A stretch of 64,000 nt of DNA from Histomonas meleagridis 2922-C6/04-290x (Eukaryota > Protista > Parabasalia), in assembly GCA_020184695.1 (NCBI GenBank), contig JAANOX010000002.1:372001-436000 (forward strand), read 5' to 3'. A program made the translations under genes and the position numbers. Shown piece after piece: positions 10,066 through 22,400 of this stretch (position 1 is its first letter; every line of letters begins with the position of its first letter). The notes under the pieces are model-generated. The model was not told the DNA's origin. It did no database searches and worked only from the letters and a program-made list of their open reading frames with translations.

Positions 10066-13000
10066 GTGGGAGGAAACCAAAGTAAAGCGATTATCAAATA
10101 CAACGAAAACCTTCAAATATTGCAAGCTATTGAGAGAATTATTTTCGATTTAAATGAGGAAAATATTGATCAGTCAGTCGAATCTTCTTTTCAATACTTT
10201 TCTCAAGAATTTCCAATTTCATTTCTTCACATTATTAGCAGAATTATTTATTCATATTTTGTTTCCAAAGGATTTGAAAAATTATGCATCAAGTATTTAC
10301 AGAAAGCAGAAATAAAATCGAATAATACCTTAATTAATGTTGTTACTCAGTTTTTATTAACAATTAATAACGAAGAATCAAATTATTTTATTGAAAAAAT
10401 GATTGAAAGTAAATTAATAGAACCAAAAATTATTCAAAATAAAAATAATCCTTTTTATATACATTATGTTTCAGAAGAAGAATTCATAAAAAAATATGTT
10501 AAGAATGGACACAATCCAAATAAAATCGCAACAATAATTCGTAATGATGAAGTCGAAAAACTTCAAGAAATATCATCACAAACAAATTTTGATTTTAATC
10601 AAACAATTAAACCATCGCTTTATGAAAGATGTTCATTTATTAATCAAAGAAATGTTAGATTAATTGATTATGCAGCATTTTTTTCTTCAGTTAAATGTTT
10701 TAAATATTTACTTATGAATGGGTCTAAATTAGATAAAACAGGTAAATATGCAATTGCAGGTGGAAATGAAGAAATCATTCATTTATGTGAGCAAAATCAT
10801 TCATCATTTGATAGCGCATATGAAACAGCAATCATGTTTCATCGAAATGATATCTTTAAATATATTTATGAAAATAAAATTAACCATGATAATAATTTAG
10901 AAGAATTAGGAAAAGAATGTATTTTACATGATAATTTTGATCTTCTTTCATTTTTAAAAGAAGAAGGAATGATTATCAATAAGAATCATATCATCAATTC
11001 TATTAGAACAGGAAATATTTTTATTTTTTTATATTTCCTCGGAAATAATAAGATTTCACTAAATTTTTTGGAGATTTCAGAGATTTCTATCAAGGAAGAA
11101 TTTTTTAACTACCTTATTAATCATAAATATATTAATTTAAAGAGGAGTGTTTGAAAATTTTTTTGAAATTTTATTAAAACAATTTGATATTTTAAAATAC
11201 GATTTAAATTTTTATTGTAAAATTTAATACAGCACTTATTTTAGCATCTGAAAAAGGTCACACAGAAATTGTTAAAATACTTCTTAAACAAGAAGGAATT
11301 GATGTTAATGTAAAAGATATTCATTTGAATAATTTGCAATATGTTTTAATAATTTGATATATGTTTTAATAATTTGGAATATGTTTTAATAATTTGAAAC
11401 AGCACTTCATATAGCAGTTAAAAATAAAAATATAGAAATAGTAAAATTACTTTTAGATAAAGAAGGAATTGATGTTAATGCAAAAACTATTCATTTGAAT
11501 AATTTGGAATATGTTTTAATAATTTAGAATATGTTTTAATAATTTGAAACAGCACTTCATATTGCAGTTAAAAATAATAATATAGAAATAGTAAAATTAC
11601 TTTTAGATAAAGAAGGAATTGATGTTAATGCAAAAACTATTCATTTGAATAATTTAGAATATGTTTTAATAATTTGGAATATATTTTAATAATTTAAAAT
11701 ATGTTTTAATAATTTTATATATGTTTTAATAATTTGAAATATGTTTTAATAATTTGGAATATATTTTAATAATTTGATATATGTTTTAATAATTTTATAT
11801 ATGTTTTAATAATTTGAAATATATTTTAATCATTTGAAACAGCACTTCATATAGCAGTTAAAAATAATAATATAGAAATAGTAAAATTACTTTTAGATAA
11901 AGGAATTGATGTTAATGCAAAATATATTCATTTGAATAATTTAGAATATGTTTTAATAATTTTATATATATTTTAATAATTTGAAATATGTTTTAATAAT
12001 TTGGAATATGTTTTATTAATTTGGAATATGTTTTAATAATTTGGAATATGTTTTATTAATTTGGAACAGCACTTCATATAGCAGTTAAAAATAATAATAT
12101 AGAAATAGTAAAATTACTTTTAGATAAAGGAATTGATGTTAATGCAAAATATATTCATTTGAATAATTTGGAATATGTTTTAATAATTTTGTATATGTTT
12201 TAATAATTTAGAATATGTTTTAATAATTTGAAATATATTTTAATAATTTGAAATATATTTTAATAATTTTATATATGTTTTAATAATTTAGAATATGTTT
12301 TAATAATTTGAAATATGTTTTAATAATTTGGAATATGTTTTATTAATTTGGAACAGCACTTCATATAGCAGTTAAAAATAATAATATAGAAATAGTAAAA
12401 TTACTTTTAGATAAAGGAATTGATGTTAATGCAAAATATATTCATTTGAATAATTTAGAATATGTTTTAATAATTTATAATATGTTTTAATAATTTGGAA
12501 TATGTTTTAATAATTTTATATATGTTTTAATAATTTAGAATATGTTTTAATAATTTGAAATATGTTTTAATAATTTGGAATATGTTTTATTAATTTGGAA
12601 CAGCACTTCATATAGCAGTTAAAAATAATAATATAGAAATAGTAAAATTACTTTTAGATAAAGGAATTGATGTTAATGCAAAATATATTCATTTGAATAA
12701 TTTAGAATATGTTTTAATAATTTATAATATGTTTTAATAATTTGGAATATGTTTTAATAATTTTATATATGTTTTAATAATTTTATATATGTTTTAATAA
12801 TTTATAATATGTTTTAATAATTTGAAATATATTTTAATAATTTGAAACAGCACTTCATATAGCAGTTAGAAATAATAATATAGAAATAGTAAAATTACTT
12901 TTAGATAAAGGAATTGATGTTAATGCAAAATATATTCATTTGAATAATTTAGAATATGTTTTAATAATTTGAAATATGTTTTAATAATTTGAAATATATT

Positions 13001-15413
13001 TTAATAATTTTATATATGTTTTAATAATTTATAATATGTTTTAATAATTTGGAATATATTTTAATAATTTGAAACAGCACTTCATATAGCAGTTAAAAAT
13101 AATAATATAGAAATAGTAAAATTACTTTTAGATAAAGGAATTGATGTTAATGCAAAATATATTCATTTGAATAATTTAGAATATGTTTTAATAATTTGAA
13201 ATATGTTTTAATAATTTGGAATATGTTTTAATAATTTTATATATGTTTTAATAATTTATAATATGTTTTAATAATTTGAAATATATTTTAATAATTTGAA
13301 ACAGCACTTCATATAGCAGTTAGAAATAATAATATAGAAATAGTAAAATTACTTTTAGATAAAGGAATTGATGTTAATGCAAAATATATTCATTTGAATA
13401 ATTTAGAATATGTTTTAATAATTTGAAATATGTTTTAATAATTTTATATATGTTTTAATAATTTTATATATGTTTTAATAATTTATAATATGTTTTAATA
13501 ATTTGAAATATATTTTAATCATTTGAAACAGCACTTCATATAGCAGTTAGAAATAATAATATAGAAATAGTAAAATTACTTTTAGATAAAGGAATTGATG
13601 TTAATGCAAAATATATTCATTTGAATAATTTAGAATATGTTTTAATAATTTAGAATATGTTTTAATAATTTGAAATATGTTTTAATAATTTGAAACAGCA
13701 CTTCATATAGCAGTTAGAAATAATAATATAGAAATCGTAAAATTACTTTTAGATAAAGGAATTGATGTTAATGCAAAATATATTCATTTGAATAATTTAG
13801 AATATGTTTTAATAATTTGAAATATGTTTTAATAATTTGGAATATGTTTTAATAATTTTATATATGTTTTAATAATTTTATATATGTTTTAATAATTTAT
13901 AATATGTTTTAATAATTTGAAATATATTTTAATAATTTGAAACAGCACTTCATATAGCAGTTAGAAATAATAATATAGAAATAGTAAAATTACTTTTAGA
14001 TAAAGGAATTGATGTTAATGCAAAATATATTCATTTGAATAATTTAGAATATGTTTTAATAATTTGAAATATATTTTAATAATTTGAAATATATTTTAAT
14101 AATTTTATATATGTTTTAATAATTTAGAATATGTTTTAATAATTTGGAATATGTTTTATTAATTTGGAACAGCACTTCATATAGCAGTTAGAAATAATAA
14201 TATAGAAATAGTAAAATTACTTTTAGATAAAGGAATTGATGTTAATGCAAAATATATTCATTTGAATAATTTAGAATATGTTTTAATAATTTGAAATATA
14301 TTTTAATAATTTGAAATATATTTTAATAATTTTATATATGTTTTAATAATTTTATATATGTTTTAATAATTTGAAATATGTTTTAATCATTTGAAACAGC
14401 ACTTCATATAGCAGTTAGAAATAATAATATAGAAATAGTAAAATTACTTTTAGATAAAGGAATTGATGTTAATGCAAAAACTATTCATTTGAATAATTTA
14501 GAATATGTTTTAATAATTTAGAATATGTTTTAATAATTTGAAATATGTTTTAATAATTTGAAACAGCACTTCATATAGCAGTTAGAAATAATAATATAGA
14601 AATCGTAAAATTACTTTTAGATAAAGGAATTGATGTTAATGCAAAAAATATTCATTTGAATAATTTGGAATATGTTTTAATAATTTGTAATATGTTTTAA
14701 TAATTTATAATATGTTTTAATAATTTGAAATATGTTTTAATAATTTAAAATATGTTTTAATAATTTTATATATGTTTTAATAATTTTATATATGTTTTAA
14801 TAATTTGAAATATGTTTTAATAATTTTATATATGTTTTAATAATTTTATATATGTTTTAATAATTTGAAATATGTTTTAATCATTTGAAACAGCACTTCA
14901 TATAGCAGTTAGAAATAATAATATAGAAATAGTAAAATTACTTTTAGATAAAGGAATTGATGTTAATGCAAAAACTATTCATTTGAATAATTTGGAATAT
15001 TTTTTAATAATTTAGAATATGTTTTAATAATTTGAAATATGTTTTAATAATTTGAAACAGCACTTCATATAGCAGTTAGAAATAATAATATAGAAATAGT
15101 AAAATTACTTTTAGATAAAGGAATTGATGTTAATGCAAAAACTATTCATTTGAATAATTTAGAATATGTTTTAATAATTTGAAACAGCACTTCATATAGC
15201 AGTTAGAAATAATAATATAGGAATATTAAAATTACTTTTAGATAAAGGAATTGATGTTAATGCAAAAGATATTCATTTTAATAATTTGGAATATGTTTTA
15301 ATAATTTTATATATGTTTTAATAGTTTGGAATATGTTTTAACAATATTTTACTGCAATTCAAATTGCACATCAAAAAGGTTACACAGAAATAACAAATGT
15401 ACTTCGTGAATAA
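10066..15413 (+). CDS. DUF3447-type ankyrin gene with 20 spacer-interrupted C-terminal ankyrin modules (coding only if spacers are removed)
   Basis: Open N-terminal ORF 10066-11154 that starts with GTG (GTG GGA GGA AAC). It is followed by 19 modules of 87-90 nt (TALHIAVKNNNIEIVKLLLDKGIDVNAKx) and a capping module TAIQIAHQKGYTEITNVLRE* ending at TAA 15411-15413. Confidence 0.7.
11149..15413 (+). repeat. Nested tandem array: ankyrin module plus n x 20-nt minisatellite (ATATGTTTTAATAATTTRRA)
   Basis: Spacer lengths counted by hand: 80,80,60,200,140,200,160,160,140,140,140,80,160,140,140,80,240,80,40,80 nt. All are multiples of 20. Confidence 0.95.
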
Positions 15414-15555
15414 AGTACAAATGAAAATTTTAAATCAGATTCCTCTTCTACAAACATCAAATCTTCATTTTCAATAAGAAATGGAAATAAAGCATATATT
15501 GTTAACAATATTAAAATCAACTCGAAGATCAAATGTTCGCAAAAAACATTTCTTA

Positions 15556-15800
15556 GATATTCTCCTCAACATGGTTGAGCATAATTCTAAAATCACTCCA
15601 ATTCCAAATTTCCATATGTATTTTATCTAATTTAGCAATTTCGTTCATTTCTTCTCAGTGATTTTTGAAGTACCAAATGCTAAAGTTCTCTGTGTTTCCC
15701 ATATTAATGCAACCTGAGCAATTGTTTTTCCATGTGTATCGCGAATCTTCTTAAGCATTACTTTTTGGAAGATACCAAACAAGCCTTCAGCGAGAGATCA
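15556..15800 (-). pseudogene. Aldo/keto reductase C-terminal fragment
   Basis: Manual translation gives SLAEGLFGIFQKVMLKKIRDTHGKTIAQVALIWETQR and, after a frameshift, MNEIAKLDK. This matches the AKR pattern (P.AEG...IF....L..I...YGKT.AQV.LRW..QR). Confidence 0.65.
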
Positions 15801-16434
15801 CCCATTGTATAACATAAATCTTGTTGTTGTTATAAAAGAATATGAACAATTCATTACAAGGAAATATTTATGTTAAAATTACAAGACAATAATCTTATTT
15901 CAATGTTTGTGTTAAGATTTAAACTTTTTAAATTAAAAATTACTATTTGATAAAAGCATTTATCCATGCGCAAAAATTATGATTTTGAAAATGTTTAATA
16001 CAGAATTGGAGTGATTTTTTAATTAACCTCGGTACCGAGCTCTCCAAGCAAACACTAAAGCTATGTTGCTCACCAAAAACGCCTAATCACGGCGCTTTTA
16101 TCCTTTCACGCCTGTGATCTTATATCTGTATCTATAAGGGATTCAAAAAGTTCTTCCCCACCTCTTTTTTTGATGATTAAAATAAAAAATTTTTATGACT
16201 TGTTTACTTTTATTTAAAGAAGTGGTCTTCGTGATTCTTTACTATTAAAGTCTTTTTATCTTTGACACAAACATAGTTAAAGCTCTCCATAAGTGGTAAT
16301 TCAAAATATACAAATAATTTCATTTTTTAAATTGTATTATGTATTTTTCTCCATACGCTTTCAATTTTCTTTAACCATTCCAAAGAATTACATATTTTTA
16401 AAATAAAAATAAAAACAAACTCTATAACTTTTAT

Positions 16435-19400
16435 TCATGATTTTTTCAAAATTATTGTTTCAGGAATAATTTTCACATTACCTTTCTTTGTTGTTATCAT
16501 TAATGATTTATGTTTTTTAATATAAATTATATTTGTTACTTCTGATTGTAATGAAATTCTTGGATCATAAATATTCAAATAAAAAGCTTCGCATGTATAT
16601 AATCGATTTTTATTATCGATAATTAATAAATAATCAATACATTTTTCATTATTCCATGTATACCAATATGAAATATTCATCAAAATTTTCTTCTTTTGAA
16701 GAATATTTCCATTACTATTAATTAAAATCAAATTCGAATTTGTATAAATAATAATAAAACAAAATGAATTCGTAATAATTATTTTTAATGGAATGAAATC
16801 GATATTTATATTAAATATTAAATTAGATTTAAAATCATATAATAAAATATTTCCTTCAATTGTACCAAAAATAATAATTTGATATATCGAATTTAATGAA
16901 TATGTTGAAATAGAATCATTAAAGATTAATATACTTGTGATCAAATTACCATTATTTCGCATATCAATAATAGAAACATTTCCAATTTCATTAATTATCG
17001 CTAAATAATTTCCCGAATATTCAACATTTATAATATGTCCAAATTTATATGAAAACGAATTCGAAATTGTTAAACTTTCAATAATTAATTGTTTCGAATT
17101 AATAAATAAAAATCCTTCATTAATTATCCGAATATCAAATGATTTCGGTATACATTCTATTTCTAATTGTTTAATAATTTGTTCTTTCGGATTATTAATA
17201 TTAATTTGGATTTCAATGATTGAACGATTTAAACAAAATCCTAAAAATTTAAATATATTATTATTAGATGAAATAAATACTACGTTTATAATATCATTTT
17301 GATTAAAATTAAAATTATATTGTTTAGTTATCATTGATGTTTTATGTTCTAAATTTTTTTTCGGATGTTTTTCTTTAAATATTTGCGTTGATAAATGTCC
17401 ACATTTTGATAATATTTTAGTAACTATTTCCGGATTTATATTATTCGATGAATCCCATATTGTTTCATAAAGTGTTTGTGAATAAATATTATGATTTGGT
17501 ATAAATTCTTTATGTTCAATTGAATCAATACCAAATATTTGATCAATCCATAAATCAAGTGTTTTCGAAATTTCATCACTTTCAAGTGCTTTACGTTGTA
17601 AATATATAAACTCATCAGATGTCATATTCCGTGTTCCTTCATCTGTTTTAATTAATGGTAATTCGATATTATTAAAAAAGATTGGTGAATAAAAGAATTC
17701 TGGTGTAATTTCAAAACAATTTGATTTTTCTGAACATTCTTTGAATGCTTTATTCATCGACGAAATGTGATCTGAAATCAGTAAATTTTCTTTATAAATA
17801 TTTTCTTTTAATTCAGAATAAGGATAAATATTGGATAAAAAATATGATATTATTGTAGGGTTTGAAGGTGCTATTGATAAGATATTAGGTTCTGTTGAAA
17901 ATTGAAAATTAACAGGTTTCGACATATCTCTTAAGTTTTTTAACCATATAAAATCATTATAAACCCAAGGAAATATTGGATATAATGAAGGATCATTAAA
18001 TGTACGACCAGAATATAAATTTAATAACATTAAATATTCGAAATTTGTTATTTCATTATTTACCCATTTATTAGTAATTCCAGAAATAGATATAAATTCT
18101 GGAATTGATATATTTTCGATTGGTTTTGTTAATAAATTATTAAGTAAATCAATAATTGTTGTTGAACTTATAGGTGAGAAATCAAGAAAATAACTTTTCC
18201 CATTATTTAAATATATTTCAAATGAATTCTTTAAATGAAATCGTTGTCTTTTAAGTATTATATTAATATTTTCGAATTTTATAACTTTATGTGATTTATT
18301 AGTAATTAAATGTATCGAATCATTCGTAACATTAAATAAAGTATTATAATCTTTTAATAGAGTAACTTTAATACATTTAAATGAATATATATAATTAGTA
18401 TTATTATCATTATCAATAATTTGTTTGTTATTTTGATGATTTAAATCATTTTCTTTCTTAAATGTCGTTTTAATAAATGGTCGAGTTAAGTTATTACATA
18501 GTTTAGAATTAACTTTTAATATCATTTGATTTTTAATATTATGTTTTAATGGTGAAATACAATTTATTTGATTTAGAATCAAATGTCTGAACTTTTTATT
18601 TTGTTTATAATAATTTTGCATTTGTATATTTATATAATTATTAATTGATTCTTCAGATCTTTTAAAGATTTGAAGTTTTTCATATATTAAAAGATCAGAT
18701 GCAGAAATTATATTTTCATTATATCGTTGAATCGCATGTTCTTTAAAATTAAGAATTCGATTATAATAACCTTCGCCAACTATAATTAAGTATTTTGGTA
18801 TGAATTCATTTAAATTTGATTGCGTTTGATATAAATCATTTTCATTATATAATGAATGTTCTAACATAAACTTTAAAATTGATTTATAAAATAATAATTT
18901 ACCTCCATCAGAGTTAGGACTATTTTGTAATAACATAAATATCATTTTTTTATTAACTAATTCTCCTTTTTTATTTAACAAAAATGAAAAAGTATAACTT
19001 GAAGACATAGGTAAATCTTTAAATATTCGAATTATATCAAAGAAATGTTTTACTTGAATTAAATTTTTATTATTATTTTCATTTAAAATAGGCTCATTAT
19101 TAGAAAATAATGAATTATTATATATATTTATGATTGCTTCTGATGTTTGATGATTTAAATGTAATACAATACTTTTAAAACATCGTTCAAACATTCCTTT
19201 TTCAGGGAAATGTTCATATAATAATCTATATAAAGATTTACTAAATGATTCAATATTAGGAAATGATAATGAAGTTAATAAATCAATCATAGCTACTAAT
19301 GTATCGATTATATTATAAGCAAAAGATTGTTTAATAATATTAAATATAAAATTTAATATTAATTTTCGTTGTGATTTATTTATAAAAGAAATAAGTAATA

Positions 19401-22400
19401 AAGGTGTAAATGACCAAAATGGATCATTTACAATTATTTTACTTAAATTTTCATTAATTTTTAATGAATTTAATGCATTAATTACTAAATCAAATTCATT
19501 TTTATTAAATGAATATAAAATACATAAAGGATAAACTAAAGGAATTTCAGGAAGTAAATTTATTAATTCTTGATAAATAGAATCCTTAAAAAATCTTTCA
19601 TTCATTAATGACATTAACGATTCTAAATGTAAACTAAAATGTTCGATATCTAAATAATAAATAATTTTAATTGTTAAGATTAATCGATCTTTATCAGGTA
19701 AAAATTGTGAATAAATAAGTTTACAAATTTCATATTTCTCTTCAGAATTAAATGAATTTGTTTTAATGATTTCTAAAAATGTATTTAACAATGAAATTAA
19801 ACCTTTTGAATCATTACAACACATTAAATGAGATATCATTAAAAAAGCATTTTCTTTTGTAAATGTTTTATTACAATAAGATACTAAAATATTATGAAAA
19901 TGTTCTCGAATTAAATCAATATTTAAATCAGTTGATCTTGGTCTTGTTGATTCAATTGTACCTTTAATTATATTCTTTTCGATTGGTTGATACCAAAAAT
20001 ATGTTCGAATCATTGAAAGAATTTTACCTAAACTTGGAAAATAATTTCGATAAGTTGGAAACAAAATTGTTTCCCAATTTATAACAATTTTTAGTAATGC
20101 ATTTGAATCACAATTAATCCATAATTCGAAATTAAATAAAATATCATTAATTAATGATTCAATTAACTTTTGATTTTTTATGGAATCGAGCATCGAAAAA
20201 AACTTTTTATATATCGAATAATTTAATTTATTTTTAACTTCATGAATTAATATATAAGAAATTAATGGGAAAAAATTAAAATTACTTTGTGTTGAATCAC
20301 TATAACATATAATTCTTTGTAAAATAGTCAAGAAAATATCTTGAAAATGATTTGTTAATTGATCAAAAATAGTAAAAAATGGAATTAATAATTTCATTGA
20401 TTTCTTTAATGAAAATATATCGAAAATATTTAAATATAAAGGAAATTGTTGTTTAAATGAAAATTGTAATTTACCTTTTTTATTTCTTAAATCTAATAGA
20501 GGATTAATATCAGAAACAGAATTTTCGAAATTACGGATTTCAATATTAGTTAAAATCCCTTCGAATATATATAAGTCGCCAACTTCTGCATAAAAATTAT
20601 CTTTTTTATTTTCTTTTCCACCGAAAATAATTTTCAAATTTTCAGTTAAAAAAGGAAATAAATCTAAAGGAAAATTTATTGAAGGTTTTCCTGAATAAGA
20701 AAATGATAACAAAGGTTTTTTATTTGGTATGTTTTCAATTGTAATTAAGATTGGAACCCATTCACAATTAGGAAAATCGATAACTAAAGGTGCACTAGCA
20801 CAAGTATCATCGACATTAATTTCGGATAAAATTGAGCCTCCTTGAATATAAAAACGAATTCCATTATCTTTTTCATCATAAATATTAAACATTTCACATT
20901 GGCCATTAATAATTTGAGCATAAAATGAATCAATTTTTAGATAAAAATAAATAGTAATACCATTTTTAAGTTGTTCAAGTTTTAATCCTTTAATAATAAC
21001 TTTTCTATCTTTATAATTTAATAAAGTAATTTGATGAGGATTTCTCGATTTTATAAAAGAAGAATTCGCAAATGATTTTAATAATTCTTCTGAGAATTTT
21101 TCATTATTATTTTGTGGATAAATAATTGATATCATATTTGATATTATTGGTGGTGAAGAAATATATTGTGAAATTAAGAATATTAATGGAATAATTCGAT
21201 TTATTACATAATCTTCAGTAAATTTTAAGTTAAAAGTAAATCCATGATAAGAAAATTTGTTATTAAAATTTTGTATTATCTTCAGTAATAATACATCAAA
21301 ATAACTTTCATGACATTGAATACAATTATAAATCGAATAATTACATAAATCATAAAATAAATTTAAATATTTTTTTGAGTTTTCTTCACTTTCAATTACA
21401 CTTAATAATAATAAAATTAATGAAGGAACATGTATAAAAAACATAGAAGATGAATGAATAGTTCGACTTCCTGCTATAATTCCTATTAAACAAGATAAAG
21501 TTTCTTCATCGACACCAATATTCTTTATAGTTGAATGTAATTGATATACATTCGTTAATGATAAATTAAATCCTTGATTATTCGATGATAAATGTGAAAA
21601 AAATGTCAAAACTTGTAAAAAAAATTGTTTCGAACAAAAATGTATATTATAATTTATAAATGTAGGAATTAAAGATGAACAATAAAATGATAATTTTGGA
21701 TTATGTGTAATTGCATCATTAAAACATTCTAATAATCGTAAAGGTAAATCTTTAAATGAACCTTTATTACATACATCAAATATTCCTCGAATGAATTGTA
21801 TAGTTTGTGTAACATTCGAACCATTGTTATTCATTAAAAATTGTTTTACACATGTAATGATTGGTGATTGTAAAGATGGCTCGAAAATTCTTGAAAGAAA
21901 ACAACTTGTAAATGATGAAGATGAAAAACATTGTAATGCTGTCGATTGATTTTCTAATAAAGCAAATAAATATATTAAAATTGTACTTCGAGCATTTTGT
22001 ACAATATTTTTCGATTCTAAATTTAAAACTAAGAAATCAAGTACTGCAAGTACTCTAACAACTATAGATATCGATTGTTCTTCAACTAAAACAATTGGAT
22101 CAAAATCATTTAACTTAGAATGAATACATCCAATAATATCCGAAAATAAAAATGGATGCGTTTTATATTTATTTAATAATTCATTTAAATATTTAGGATT
22201 TGCGTCTATAATAATATCAATTGAAGTTTTCCGTAAAAATCGAATTAGTTGAAAGTTTTCACATTTATTAAACGATGAGATTCCTGGTTGAAATATTATT
22301 TGTGATGTTAATATATTAAAAATGTCTTTATTATTTGAATCAATTCGTTTAGATTGAATTATAATATATTGAAATATCATATAAACAATTGGAAAATTAT

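Noticed and set aside
11229-15350. CRISPR-like repeat-spacer array
   Set aside because: The conserved part is an 87-90 nt ankyrin-coding module, the variable part is a degenerate 20-mer rather than unique spacers, there are no cas genes, and the context is eukaryotic.
16028-16042. CTCGGTACCGAG palindrome / KpnI-SacI match to a cloning polylinker
   Set aside because: Only 12 bp match and the flanks do not continue into vector sequence; likely chance.
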